Source: Hydrurus foetidus (Eukaryota). From it: a stretch of 64,000 nt of DNA. The notes beneath the pieces are model-generated. The model ran no database searches. It saw only the letters and a list, made by a program, of their open reading frames with translations, and was not told the DNA's origin. The DNA lies in contig UYFQ01000001.1 of the NCBI GenBank assembly GCA_900617105.1, forward strand, positions 3,968,001-4,032,000. Direction: 5' to 3'. A program made the translations under genes and the position numbers. Positions 21,542 to 32,571 of the stretch are shown here, piece after piece (position 1 is the stretch's first letter; each line of letters opens with the position of its first letter).

Positions 21542-21594
21542 GCTATAAATATAGGAGCTGCTCGCGCCCGTATTTATTGATTAAAAGCCCTAAA
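21542..21594 (+). repeat. Interspersed repeat R2 (intergenic, between convergent genes)
   Basis: GCTATAAATATAGGAGCTGCTCGCGCCCGTATTTATTGATTAAAAGCCCTAAA. Confidence 0.9.
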
Positions 21595-21635
21595 ACACTC
21601 TCGAAAAGCCGAAATAAATCGCTAAAAAGAGCAAT

Positions 21636-22562
21636 TCACGGCTGGTTTAGAAAATGGGCAAGCATGTCGGCCAGTTGCTCAGGCTGGTCATGGTGCAGCA
21701 TGTGACCCGCGTCCTCAATGCGAGCCACGCGAACGTCGGCAATCACCTTGAGTCGCTCGTGGTAGTCGGCCAGCGTGTAGCGGCCCTGGTTCCATTTGTC
21801 GAGTGAATCATCACTGGCTTCTACCGCCAGCACTGGCGCGGTGATGCGCTTGTATGCCTCTAGCGCTTCTTCAACTTTATAGATGTTTGCGCTAGTCACT
21901 TTATGGCCTGGCTCGCCCAAAATCACCCACTTGCCGTTGGCATCTTGTCGAGACCAATGCGCTGCCAGCCAGTTGGCTTTGTCAGTCGTTAATCTGGGGT
22001 TGGTTTTCATCAGGCGCCTGGCCACGCCATCGAGCTCGTCATATGCCTTCAAATCAAGTTCGCCTTTGTGCACAGACTTCAACTCGTCTATCCATTTGGC
22101 GTAGCGAGTCGGGGCTTGTGCGGGCTTGCTGGGCGCCAGGCCAAAACCTTCAAGGTTGACAAGTTTGCGAATCCGCTCTGGGCGCACGCCGGCGTAAATC
22201 ATGGCCACGTTGCCGCCCATGCTGTGGCCGACCAAATCGACCTTTTGGTCTTGAACGTAATGGTCAAGTAAAAAATCAAGGTCGGCGAGGTAGTCTGCAA
22301 ACCAATAGTTGTCGGTAGCGCCGCCAGCGGTTAAGCCAAAGCCGCGCCAGTCGGGCGCAATGATGGTGCGGCCTGCTGCAAAAGCATCAGGCAGTGCGTC
22401 GACCATGAACTGATAAGACGCCGCCACGTCCATCCAGCCGTGAACCAGCACTAACGGGGGCAGCTTGCTGGATGCGGCTTCATCGCCCCATATCCACACG
22501 TGATAGTTGAGGCTGCGCACAGGAACAAACTGACTTCTAGATGCGCGTTTTTCTTTGTACAT
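21636..22562 (-). CDS. Alpha/beta hydrolase
   Basis: HGWMD, DWRGFG, GHSMGG nucleophile elbow, GHMLH. Confidence 0.9.
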   Translation of the reverse strand: MYKEKRASRSQFVPVRSLNYHVWIWGDEAASSKLPPLVLVHGWMDVAASYQFMVDALPDAFAAGRTIIAPDWRGFGLTAGGATDNYWFADYLADLDFLLDHYVQDQKVDLVGHSMGGNVAMIYAGVRPERIRKLVNLEGFGLAPSKPAQAPTRYAKWIDELKSVHKGELDLKAYDELDGVARRLMKTNPRLTTDKANWLAAHWSRQDANGKWVILGEPGHKVTSANIYKVEEALEAYKRITAPVLAVEASDDSLDKWNQGRYTLADYHERLKVIADVRVARIEDAGHMLHHDQPEQLADMLAHFLNQP

Positions 22563-22650
22563 GGCGGCAATGATAAATTGCCTTTACCTGCAGCTTAGTC
22601 CGTGCGGTGACATCGGGGTCTGCAAAATAACCCCAACGGGGCGAGCAGAT

Positions 22651-22703
22651 ACTATAAAAATAATAGCTGGTCACACCCGTATTTATTGGGTTTTACTGGT
22701 ATT
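22651..22703 (+). repeat. Interspersed repeat R3 (intergenic)
   Basis: ACTATAAAAATAATAGCTGGTCACACCCGTATTTATTGGGTTTTACTGGTATT. Confidence 0.85.
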
Positions 22704-22708
22704 TAAAC

Positions 22709-23386
22709 CTATTTTGCCGCGACTTGTTCGGCTACAAATATTTCGATGCGGCGGTTTTTGTCTCGGCCTTGGGCAGAGCCGTTATCAGACACCGGCTCCC
22801 GTGAACCTCTGCCGTCCGTGGCGATGCGGGTGCGGGCCACGCCTCGGCCCACCAAGTAGTCGCGCGCGGAGTTGGCCCGGTCAATTGACAACGGGTTGTT
22901 AATGGCGTCTGTGCCAGTACTGTCCGTGTGCCCAATGATGCTGATTGTGGTTTCAGGGTGCTGAGTCAGGGTGGTGGCAAACTGATTCAAGATGGGGTCG
23001 AAGTTGGGTTTAATGGCTGAGCGGCCCACGTCAAAAGACACATCGCTGGGGATGTCCAGCTTCAAACGGTTGTCGCTGGTCTGCGTAACAGCAACGCCGG
23101 TGCCGGCAGTGGCTTTTTCCATTGCAGCTTTCTGGTCTTGCATTTTTTTAGACCAAATGTAGCCGCCGCCGGCGCCGACCGCACCGCCCAATACAGCCCC
23201 CGTCACCGCGCCTTTTGAGCCACCTACTGCAGCACCCAGCACAGCGCCACCCAGCGCGCCAATACCGGCACCTTTGGCGGTGCCTTGCTGGGTTTCACTC
23301 ATGTTGGCGCAGCCTGTAAGGACGGCAAGGCTCAGTGCCAACGCGCTGAGGGGGAAAGTTTTAGCTGAATGCGATGTTGTGGTCAT
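22709..23386 (-). CDS. OmpA family lipoprotein with glycine zipper (YiaD-like)
   Basis: Lipobox LTGC, Gly-zipper, GHTDSTG, NRRIEI. Confidence 0.92.
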   Translation of the reverse strand: MTTTSHSAKTFPLSALALSLAVLTGCANMSETQQGTAKGAGIGALGGAVLGAAVGGSKGAVTGAVLGGAVGAGGGYIWSKKMQDQKAAMEKATAGTGVAVTQTSDNRLKLDIPSDVSFDVGRSAIKPNFDPILNQFATTLTQHPETTISIIGHTDSTGTDAINNPLSIDRANSARDYLVGRGVARTRIATDGRGSREPVSDNGSAQGRDKNRRIEIFVAEQVAAK

Positions 23387-23635
23387 GTAAGACTCCTTGG
23401 GGTTTTTCATAAATGTTGTCGTCGCTGTCGTTGGGGTAGCCGGGGTAGTTGGCGAATCGCGGTTAGCTTGATGCTACTAGCCCCACACTGCATTTTTTGT
23501 AAGACAGACGCTTTAAATGCAAGCAATTTCTCGCACAGAGTTGCCTGCATAAACGCTATTACCAATGTGTTTAACAGCCTGCAAAGGGGCAACGCTTTAA
23601 ACTCTTGCTCATTGAAATAAAAACTTACAGCGCAC

Positions 23636-24700
23636 ATGAAATTAATCCAACTCGGCAGCAGCGACCTACACGTCACCCCCATTTGTTTGGGCACCATGAC
23701 ATTTGGCGAGCAGGTCAACCCGAATGATTCACACGCGATTCTTGACCGCTCGATGGAGCGGGGCGTTAACTTTCTGGATGCAGCCGAGATGTATTCAGTG
23801 CCGCCCAAGGCCGAAACCTTTGGTTTGACTGAAACCATTTTGGGCAACTGGTTTGCCAAAACTCCGGGCGCACGGCAAAAGCTGGTGCTGGCTACAAAAG
23901 TAGCGGGCCCCGCGCGCGGCATGAACTGGATTCGCAGCGGTAGCCCCGATGTGACTGCTGCCGACATCACTCAAGCATGTGAAGACAGCTTAAAGCGCCT
24001 GCAAACGGATGTGATTGATCTGTACCAAATTCACTGGCCGTCGCGGCATGTACCGGCGTTTGGCATGATGTATTTTGACCCTGCAAAAGACATGCAGGTG
24101 TCGTCGATTCACGTACAGCTGGAAGCGCTCGGCGCGCTGGTTAATGCCGGTAAGGTGCGGGCAATCGGCTTGTCAAATGAATCGCCGTATGGCGTGCACG
24201 AGTTTTGCCGGCTCGCTGACCAGCACGGCCTGCCGCGTGTGGCCACCGTGCAAAACCCGTATTGCCTGATTAACCGCACCGTAGAAAACGGGCTGGACGA
24301 AACCATGCACCGCTTGGGCGTGTCGCTGCTGGGCTATTCGCCGCTTGGCTTTGGCTTGTTAACGGGGAAATACGACAAGTCAGGCATTGCCGACCCGGCG
24401 CACAAAGACATCGGGCGAATGAGCCTGTTCGAAAGCATGCAAAAGCAGCGCTGGGGCAGGCCAGATTCATTGGCCGCCGCACGGCGTTACAACGCATTGG
24501 CCACCGTCAATGGCATGACCCCAACGCAAATGGCGCTGGCGTTTTGCTACACCAAGTGGCAGGTGGCAAGCACCATCATCGGCGTGACTTCGTTAGCGCA
24601 ACTTGATGCAGACATCGACGCGTATGGCACCGTTCTCAGCGCCGACACTTTGCTAGAGATTGACAAAATTCGCTGGGAAATTCGCGACCCTGCGGTTTAG
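23636..24700 (+). CDS. Aldo/keto reductase (Tas-like)
   Basis: LGTMTFGEQ, DAAEMY, DLYQIHWP, IGLSNE. Confidence 0.9.
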   Translation: MKLIQLGSSDLHVTPICLGTMTFGEQVNPNDSHAILDRSMERGVNFLDAAEMYSVPPKAETFGLTETILGNWFAKTPGARQKLVLATKVAGPARGMNWIRSGSPDVTAADITQACEDSLKRLQTDVIDLYQIHWPSRHVPAFGMMYFDPAKDMQVSSIHVQLEALGALVNAGKVRAIGLSNESPYGVHEFCRLADQHGLPRVATVQNPYCLINRTVENGLDETMHRLGVSLLGYSPLGFGLLTGKYDKSGIADPAHKDIGRMSLFESMQKQRWGRPDSLAAARRYNALATVNGMTPTQMALAFCYTKWQVASTIIGVTSLAQLDADIDAYGTVLSADTLLEIDKIRWEIRDPAV

Positions 24701-24752
24701 CGCGGCACAGCCAAATTAAGCCCGGTTGATCGCAAGTCAAATTGAACGGCGC

Positions 24753-25241
24753 ATGCCCAAGAACCACATCAGCGAAACACCGGCCACCCAATGGCTCAGG
24801 GCCAACAACGTTGAATTTACTGAGCACCCGTACGACTACCTTGAGCACGGCGGCGCGCAGCACAGCGCTCAGGTGCTGGGGTTTGACCCCTTTACTGTCG
24901 TTAAAACGCTGGTGATGCAAGACCAGGACGGCGCCCCGCTGCTGGTGCTGATGCACGGCAATCGAACGGTGTCCACCAAAAATTTGGCTCGGCAAATTGG
25001 CGCCAAGTCAGTCGAGCCGTGCAAGCCAGAAGTTGCCAACAGGCACAGCGGTTACCTGGTCGGCGGCACGTCGCCTTTTGCCACCCGCAAAACGATGCCG
25101 GTGTATGTTGAAGCCAGCATTTTGACTTTGCCTAAAATCGCTATCAACGGTGGCCGGCGCGGCTACTTGGTGTGCGTTGAGCCGCAAGGCTGCTTGGCGC
25201 TGATTGGCGCAACACCCGTGCAGTGCGCGCTGGCTGCCTGA
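24753..25241 (+). CDS. ybaK: Cys-tRNA(Pro) deacylase, YbaK/EbsC family
   Basis: TPATQWL, VKTL, GYLVGGTSPF, INGGRRG. Confidence 0.88.
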   Translation: MPKNHISETPATQWLRANNVEFTEHPYDYLEHGGAQHSAQVLGFDPFTVVKTLVMQDQDGAPLLVLMHGNRTVSTKNLARQIGAKSVEPCKPEVANRHSGYLVGGTSPFATRKTMPVYVEASILTLPKIAINGGRRGYLVCVEPQGCLALIGATPVQCALAA

Positions 25242-25288
25242 CCAACCCGCGCAGCGCGAGCGTGATTCAACCCTTAAGAGGATTTGTT

Positions 25289-25927
25289 TTGGACTATTTG
25301 TATTCAATCGTCGCTGCGGTAGCGGCTTACCTGGTGGGCTCGCTGTCTTTCGCCGTGATCGTCAGCCGCGCAATGGGGCTGAAAGACCCGCGCACCTATG
25401 GCAGCAGCAACCCTGGCGCGACCAACGTGCTGCGCTCGGGCAGCACCACGGCTGCAGTTGTAACGCTAATTCTGGACGCCTTCAAAGGCTGGCTGCCGGT
25501 GATGCTGGTGAAGTGGTTTGGCAAAGACTTTGGCTTGGGCGACGGCACGATTGCTTTGGTTGGTTTTGCCGCGTTTTTAGGGCACTTGTTTCCGGTGTTT
25601 TTTGGCTTTAAAGGCGGAAAAGGCGTGGCAACTGCTGCAGGGGTTCTGTTCGGGTTTGAATGGGTGCTGGGCTTGGCTACGCTTGCTACATGGGTGATCG
25701 TGGCGTTTTTCTCGCGTTACTCGTCGCTGGCGTCCATGGCCAGCGCGGCTTTTGCACCTGTTTTTTACCTGATGGGCGACCGCGCCGCCTGGTACACCGA
25801 GCGCAGCATATTGCTGGCCATTTTCATGATGGGTTTGTTGCTGGTGGTGCGCCACAAAGACAACATCAACAAACTCGTTAAAGGCACTGAGTCAAAGTTG
25901 GCGTTTGGCAAGAAACCTGCGCCTTGA
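25289..25927 (+). CDS. plsY: Glycerol-3-phosphate acyltransferase (probable TTG start)
   Basis: GSSNPGATNVLR, DAFKG, FKGGKGVAT, HKDNI. Confidence 0.95.
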   Translation: MDYLYSIVAAVAAYLVGSLSFAVIVSRAMGLKDPRTYGSSNPGATNVLRSGSTTAAVVTLILDAFKGWLPVMLVKWFGKDFGLGDGTIALVGFAAFLGHLFPVFFGFKGGKGVATAAGVLFGFEWVLGLATLATWVIVAFFSRYSSLASMASAAFAPVFYLMGDRAAWYTERSILLAIFMMGLLLVVRHKDNINKLVKGTESKLAFGKKPAP

Positions 25928-25930
25928 CGC

Positions 25931-25980
25931 TCAAAATAACGCTCAACAATTTTCAATAATCCTCAACAATCCTCAATAAC
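25931..25980. repeat. Degenerate 10-bp tandem repeat over the stop codon of the aspartic protease gene
   Basis: GCTCAACAAT TTTCAATAAT CCTCAACAAT CCTCAATAAC. Confidence 0.75.
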
Positions 25981-26635
25981 GCTTGACCAAAGTCATCTGA
26001 TCGCTCTCACGCGTCATTTGAAAACGCGTTAAAAAGCTGTTGCCGAGCAGCATGAAGGGCATGGCTTGCGGCGTAACCACAGCATCCACATCAAACACTT
26101 CTACATCGCCAATGCGAACCGAATTGAGCTTGATGCGGTAGCCCTGCGTATTGCCATTGGCGGTTGAAATGCCAATGACTTGCCCGGTTTTGTAATTGAT
26201 GCCCGCGCGTTCGGCATCTTGCATGCCCATGGCAATTGATGTGGCGCCCGTGTCGACCATGAACTGCACGGCTTTGCCATTGATTTGACCAGCAGTCACG
26301 AAGTGCCCACCGCTGCCTGCGGTCAGCACAATGCGCGTGCCGCGCGAAATGGTGGTGCTGCCGCCGGTGCTGACGGGCGCATCACCCACTCGCAGTGTGG
26401 CGCGCTTGCCTCCTTGTTCAATCACGGCTTGATCAGCTGTGGTGGAAAGCACTTTGACACCCTGATGCGTCTCACCAGGCGCAACAGTTTTGGGTGCGCC
26501 GCCGTTCACAATCAGCAAGGCTTTGCTGCCCATCATGCCCGCGAGCGACACCGAATCAGCTTGGGCGGCCGCTGATAAGCAGGCTACAGCTGCCAGGGCT
26601 ACGACCCGCAACAGGCCAATGCGTGGAGTTTTCAC
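25973..26635 (-). CDS. Clan AA aspartic protease (TIGR02281-like), exported
   Basis: Signal peptide, GHF, VDTGAT, LLGNSFL. Confidence 0.88.
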   Translation of the reverse strand: MKTPRIGLLRVVALAAVACLSAAAQADSVSLAGMMGSKALLIVNGGAPKTVAPGETHQGVKVLSTTADQAVIEQGGKRATLRVGDAPVSTGGSTTISRGTRIVLTAGSGGHFVTAGQINGKAVQFMVDTGATSIAMGMQDAERAGINYKTGQVIGISTANGNTQGYRIKLNSVRIGDVEVFDVDAVVTPQAMPFMLLGNSFLTRFQMTRESDQMTLVKRY

Positions 26636-26637
26636 CG

Positions 26638-27123
26638 TTAATCCCGAAAGTTGTTAAAACTTAGCGGAAAGTCGGGGTTCTCAGACTTGATCAACGCCAT
26701 CGCCGCCTGCAAGTCGTCGCGCTTGGCACCCGTCACCCGCACCTTTTCTTCTTGAATCGCGCCTTGCACTTTGATTTTGCTGCCTTTGAGCAGCACCTGA
26801 ATCTTTTTTGCGAGCTCGCTCTCAATGCCGTCCCGCACCTTGTTGGTTTGCTTGACTTTGTCGCCGCCGATTTTGCTGGACTTGCCCACATCTAAAAAGC
26901 GGGCATCTACCGCAGCTTTGGTCAGCTTGCTGCGCAAAATGTCGTTGATCTGGTCGAGCTGAAAGTCGCTGTCGCCAATCAAAATAATTTCTTTGTCTTT
27001 TAGTTCAATCGACGCCGACGTGCCTTTGAAATCAAAGCGCGTGCCGATTTCTTTGCCGGTATTTTCCACAGCGTTCTTTACCTTGACCAGGTCCGCTTCA
27101 AGCACAGTGTCAAAAGAAGGCAT
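26638..27123 (-). CDS. yajQ: YajQ family nucleotide/c-di-GMP-binding protein
   Basis: [26 protein letters not shown]. Confidence 0.95.
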   Translation of the reverse strand: MPSFDTVLEADLVKVKNAVENTGKEIGTRFDFKGTSASIELKDKEIILIGDSDFQLDQINDILRSKLTKAAVDARFLDVGKSSKIGGDKVKQTNKVRDGIESELAKKIQVLLKGSKIKVQGAIQEEKVRVTGAKRDDLQAAMALIKSENPDFPLSFNNFRD

Positions 27124-27173
27124 GATTTTTAAAAGTTAGGTGAAGCTAGGCGTTGCAATGGGACAATCACCTC

Positions 27174-28220
27174 ATGTTAGTCGAGAAAAACGTCCCTCTT
27201 CAGTCTTTTAATACCTTTGGCATTGTTGCCAAAGCACTATCGCTGGTGCGCCTTGAGAGCGCAGCCGATATTGATGCCCTGCTGGCTAATGAGTCTTTGA
27301 AAAACGCACCCCAATTTATATTGGGCGGTGGCAGCAACATTGTGCTCACGGGCGATGTCAAATCGCTGATACTGAAGGTTGAGATCAAAGGGAAACGGCT
27401 GGTCAGCGAAACACGCAAAGCATGGATTGTTGAAGCCGGTGCAGGTGAAAATTGGCACGACGTAGTGACCTGGACGCTGCAAAGCGGTTACCCAGGCCTT
27501 GAAAACTTGGCGTTGATTCCCGGCTGCGTGGGCGCATCGCCGGTGCAAAACATTGGCGCGTACGGCGTAGAGCTGCAAGACCGCTTTGACTCGCTTGACG
27601 CTTTTGACTTGACCACCGGCCAGCGCTTTACGCTGAACGCGGCGCAGTGCGCTTTTGGTTACCGCGACTCGGTGTTTAAACATGTGGGCAACCCCGGCTT
27701 TGGGCTGGCGGGCAAGGCATTAATCACCCATGTGCGTTTTGCACTACCTAAAAATTGGAAGCCGGTGCTGGGCTACGCTGATATTGAAAAAAAACGCCTG
27801 CAAGCCGGCATTAACGCACCAACAGCGCTACAAATTTATGACTGGGTGTGCGAGATTCGACGCGCTAAACTGCCCGATTGGACAGTGCTGGGCAACGCTG
27901 GCAGCTTTTTTAAAAACCCAACCGTGAGCGCCGAACAGTGCACTGACATCATTGCCCGAGAGCCAAAAATCGTGCATTACGTGCTGGCTGATGGCTCAGT
28001 CAAGCTGGCCGCAGGCTGGTTGATTGACGCCTGCGGCTGGAAAGGCAAAACCATAGGCAACGCCGGGGTCTACGACAAGCAGGCACTGGTGCTGGTCAAC
28101 CTCGGTGGCAAGGCCAATCCGGTCACAGGCGGCGAGGTCATGACGCTGGCTAAGTCGATTCAAACCAGCGTGTACGAGCGTTTCGGCATACTGCTGGAGC
28201 CCGAGCCCGTGGTGGTTTGA
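27174..28220 (+). CDS. murB: UDP-N-acetylmuramate dehydrogenase
   Basis: GGGSN, PVQNIGAYG, GNAGSFFKNP, LEPEP. Confidence 0.96.
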   Translation: MLVEKNVPLQSFNTFGIVAKALSLVRLESAADIDALLANESLKNAPQFILGGGSNIVLTGDVKSLILKVEIKGKRLVSETRKAWIVEAGAGENWHDVVTWTLQSGYPGLENLALIPGCVGASPVQNIGAYGVELQDRFDSLDAFDLTTGQRFTLNAAQCAFGYRDSVFKHVGNPGFGLAGKALITHVRFALPKNWKPVLGYADIEKKRLQAGINAPTALQIYDWVCEIRRAKLPDWTVLGNAGSFFKNPTVSAEQCTDIIAREPKIVHYVLADGSVKLAAGWLIDACGWKGKTIGNAGVYDKQALVLVNLGGKANPVTGGEVMTLAKSIQTSVYERFGILLEPEPVVV

Positions 28221-28374
28221 ATTTAAGCGACTGATGTTTGATACGGCCGCTTGATGCATCACGTCTTGCCTCTTAAGCCAGTTCAGCGCCAACGGCGGCA
28301 TGAAGCAGCAAGCGATTGACGCAGTCAAGGGCTGGATGCACAAGTTGCAAACGTTAGCGCTCAGGCTTTTTTAT

Positions 28375-28426
28375 GCTGTAGAAATATAGCTGCTAGCGCC
28401 GGTATTCATTAGTCAAAACGCTTAAA
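28375..28426 (+). repeat. Interspersed repeat R4 (intergenic, 1-nt shorter core)
   Basis: GCTGTAGAAATATAGCTGCTAGCGCCGGTATTCATTAGTCAAAACGCTTAAA. Confidence 0.8.
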
Positions 28427-28479
28427 AGCGGCCTAAAAATGGCTCTTTTTCACCTTTCTGCGCTTGAAACCGTTTCCTT

Positions 28480-29166
28480 TTAAAGCTCCCCCAGCTTGCT
28501 TTTAGGAATCAGCTTCCAGATGGCGGCCGCACCGGACTTGGCGATCTCAATTCTGTAAATTTCGTCATTGCCTTGGTTGATGGCGCTTGCCCCTTCTTGC
28601 GTCGCCGCGCCGATCAGTTGCGACACCAGCAAGGGCTTGATACCGCCGTGGCCGACGATCACCACAGTGCCGCCGTTCGGGTGCTTGGCGGTGATTTGTT
28701 TGAGCGCAGCCTCGGCCCGCTTCGACTGGTTTTCCAGCGTTTCGCCGCCTTCCATGTCGTCTGCCAAGGTAAAACGGCGCTTGATCCAATCGGCCACGAC
28801 GGCCGGGTCTTTGTCGTTGGCGCCTTCAAACTTGCCAAAAAACCGCTCGCGCAACTCGTCCATCGCCACGATAGGCGCGCGGCCTTCAAACACCGCTGCG
28901 GTTTGGCGTGCGCGCTGGTGTGAGCTGACATACACCGCATCAACACGCACGTCGCCCAAGGTCTTGGCAATGGTGGCGGCTTGCTCACGGCCCGTGGCGT
29001 TCAGCGGGTTGTCGGTGCCGCCCTGAATGCGGCCATCCTTGTTCCAGTCCGTCTGGCCATGGCGCACCACGTAAACGGTGAGTTGGGCTTGCGCTGCGGT
29101 GGTTATGAAGGCGCAGGCAATGAGCGCTGCGCTAACCAAGCCGCGAATAGAAAGCGACAATGTCAT
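28480..29166 (-). CDS. Histidine phosphatase family protein with signal peptide
   Basis: RHGQT, LRERFFG, VGHGG; N-terminal hydrophobic segment ending AQA. Confidence 0.88.
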   Translation of the reverse strand: MTLSLSIRGLVSAALIACAFITTAAQAQLTVYVVRHGQTDWNKDGRIQGGTDNPLNATGREQAATIAKTLGDVRVDAVYVSSHQRARQTAAVFEGRAPIVAMDELRERFFGKFEGANDKDPAVVADWIKRRFTLADDMEGGETLENQSKRAEAALKQITAKHPNGGTVVIVGHGGIKPLLVSQLIGAATQEGASAINQGNDEIYRIEIAKSGAAAIWKLIPKSKLGEL

Positions 29167-29265
29167 GGTGAGCTCCTTGCAGGGTTGATCGAGCTGCGTC
29201 GTCAACTCAGTCGATCAAGCGCAGGCATTTGCAAGTCTCTTTTGCTCTTATGACGTGGGTGTGAC

Positions 29266-29300
29266 GGCGCCCTAAGCCCTAGCAATTAGGGTTAGGCGCC
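29266..29300. terminator. GC-rich hairpin downstream of argG
   Basis: GGCGCCCTAAGCCCTA-GCAAT-TAGGGTTAGGCGCC; no clear U-tract. Confidence 0.5.
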
Positions 29301-29325
29301 CCGGCTTAAACACCTTTAAACACCT

Positions 29326-30684
<1,359 letters not shown>

Positions 30685-30688
30685 TTAG

Positions 30689-31006
30689 TTATTCAAAATG
30701 GCAGATGTAGTGATACGGCTCCGTCACTCTGATGTCGAATTTTGAGTCGCCCGGCACGTTGAATTTGTCACCCGCTGATGATTTAACCCACGTGTCGCTG
30801 CCTGCCAGCTTGTACTCGCAACTGCCCGCCACGCATTCCATGACCTCAGCCGCGCGGGTGTTAAAGGTCAAGGTGCTGGGCAATATCACACCGACTGATT
30901 TTTTGGTGCCGTCAAGGTAAGTGACGCCGTGGCTGATGCATTTGCCATCAAAGTACACATTGGCTTGGGTAGTGACAGTGATGTTGGAGATTTGTTGGGT
31001 AGTCAT
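30689..31006 (-). CDS. ppnP: Pyrimidine/purine nucleoside phosphorylase (DUF1255)
   Basis: ANVYFDGKCIS, KKSVGV, YICHF. Confidence 0.9.
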   Translation of the reverse strand: MTTQQISNITVTTQANVYFDGKCISHGVTYLDGTKKSVGVILPSTLTFNTRAAEVMECVAGSCEYKLAGSDTWVKSSAGDKFNVPGDSKFDIRVTEPYHYICHFE

Positions 31007-31040
31007 ACCCGGATTTTAAAGGACAGCTTGTCGGGGTCGT

Positions 31041-31067
31041 TGAATCTGTTGCTTGCCAGCTTGCGTA
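31041..31067 (+). promoter_or_regulatory. Candidate ECF-sigma promoter TGAATC-N17-CGTA upstream of the sigma gene
   Basis: Resembles SigK/RpoT-type ECF promoter consensus as recalled; lies ~40 nt upstream of the sigma start. Confidence 0.4.
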
Positions 31068-31105
31068 TTACAGAAGAATCGACGTATTGATAGACAATCC
31101 CATGC

Positions 31106-31681
31106 ATGACCACACTCACCCCGGACACCACCTTGATCGCCCTGATTGACCGCGTCGCCGTAGCCGACGAAAAGGCCCTGCGCGAGCTGTACGAGCTGAC
31201 CTCGTCCAAGCTCTACGGCGTGGCGGTGCGTGTGGTCACTAATCGGGAGTGGGCTGAAGACGTGCTGCAAGAGGCGTTTATCAACATCTGGCGAATAGCG
31301 GGCGACTACAAAGCGTCGCTTTCGCCGCCCATGGCCTGGATGGCGCTGGTGGTGCGCAGCCGGGGGCTGGACTTTTTGCGCCGCCGCGCCTCTGACCGCG
31401 CCGACAAAATGCAAGAGCTTGATGACGTGATTTCAGACACGGTGGAGGGCGATTCACCCAACCCGATGGACACCGCCATGGCCAGCGAGCAGGCACGCGT
31501 GCTCCACCACTGCCTGGGTCAGCTGGGCAACAAGCAACGCGAAGTGGTTAGCCTCGCTTACCTGCGCGATTTAAGCCACGGCGAGCTGGCCGAGCAGCTC
31601 AAGTTGCCGCTGGGCACCGTCAAAACTTGGATACGGCGCGGGTTAGAGCAACTGCGCGGCTGCATGGGCCGGCTGGCTTAG
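31106..31681 (+). CDS. ECF RNA polymerase sigma factor (SigK-like)
   Basis: AEDVLQEAF, SHGELA, PLGTVKTWIRRGL. Confidence 0.92.
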   Translation: MTTLTPDTTLIALIDRVAVADEKALRELYELTSSKLYGVAVRVVTNREWAEDVLQEAFINIWRIAGDYKASLSPPMAWMALVVRSRGLDFLRRRASDRADKMQELDDVISDTVEGDSPNPMDTAMASEQARVLHHCLGQLGNKQREVVSLAYLRDLSHGELAEQLKLPLGTVKTWIRRGLEQLRGCMGRLA

Positions 31682-31696
31682 TCGAAGGTAAACACC

Positions 31697-32497
31697 ATGA
31701 ACTTAAAACGAAACCCCGCATTAATCGAGCAACTGGCCGCTAGCTACGCACTGGGCACACTGCGCGGCGGTGCACGTCGCCGTTTTGAAACGCTGGCTCG
31801 GCTTGACCCGGCGCTGCGCGCGGCGGCGCTGATCTGGCAAAGCCGCATGGCATCGGTTTCTGAGCTTCAGCCTGAAGTCGCGCCCAGCGCCGCCGTTTGG
31901 AAGCGCATTGAAAACTTGGTTGACGGCGAGAAACAAGCCCAAGCCATGCAGGCCACCCGAGTGCCGGTCAAGACCCCTACAAGCTGGTGGGCCAGCCTGA
32001 ACTTGTGGCGCGGCCTGACCAGCGTGGGTGCTGGCGCAGCAGTAGCCGCCGTGTTGGTCAGTGCTAACTTGAACACGATTAATGGCAGGCTGGGCGGCGA
32101 AGTGCAAGCCCTGGGTGGCCAGGTGCAAACACTCAATGCGAGGCTAGCAGCCACGCCTGAAATTCAATACGTTGCCGTGCTGGCTGACGACAAAGCGGCG
32201 GCATCAATGCTGGTCACGTTTGACCCGAAAAGCAACCGCCTGACATTAAAACGCGTGGGTGGTTTTCAAGAGCCGGCTGACCAGTCACTGCAGCTGTGGG
32301 CGTTGCCGCAGGCGGGTGGTGCCAAATCGCTTGGCGTGCTGGGCGCAGACCCGGTCATTAAGCTGACGGCGTTAGGCAACGACGTGAATGTGCCCACGCT
32401 GGCGATTAGCCTGGAGCCAAAAGGTGGTGTGCCCTCAAGTGGCGGGCCTACCGGGCCAGTGCTGTTCAAGGGTGCGATGATTCAGACAGCGCTTTAG
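31697..32497 (+). CDS. Anti-sigma factor, RskA family
   Basis: YALGTL, TM segment, LQLW, LAISLEPKGG, PTGPV. Confidence 0.9.
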   Translation: MNLKRNPALIEQLAASYALGTLRGGARRRFETLARLDPALRAAALIWQSRMASVSELQPEVAPSAAVWKRIENLVDGEKQAQAMQATRVPVKTPTSWWASLNLWRGLTSVGAGAAVAAVLVSANLNTINGRLGGEVQALGGQVQTLNARLAATPEIQYVAVLADDKAAASMLVTFDPKSNRLTLKRVGGFQEPADQSLQLWALPQAGGAKSLGVLGADPVIKLTALGNDVNVPTLAISLEPKGGVPSSGGPTGPVLFKGAMIQTAL

Positions 32498-32571
32498 TCA
32501 AAATTTCAGAGGCTTTGCCTGTCCTGTTGGCTGTGACGTTCTTGTTTGAGCATCGCACCCCGTGAGCAGAA

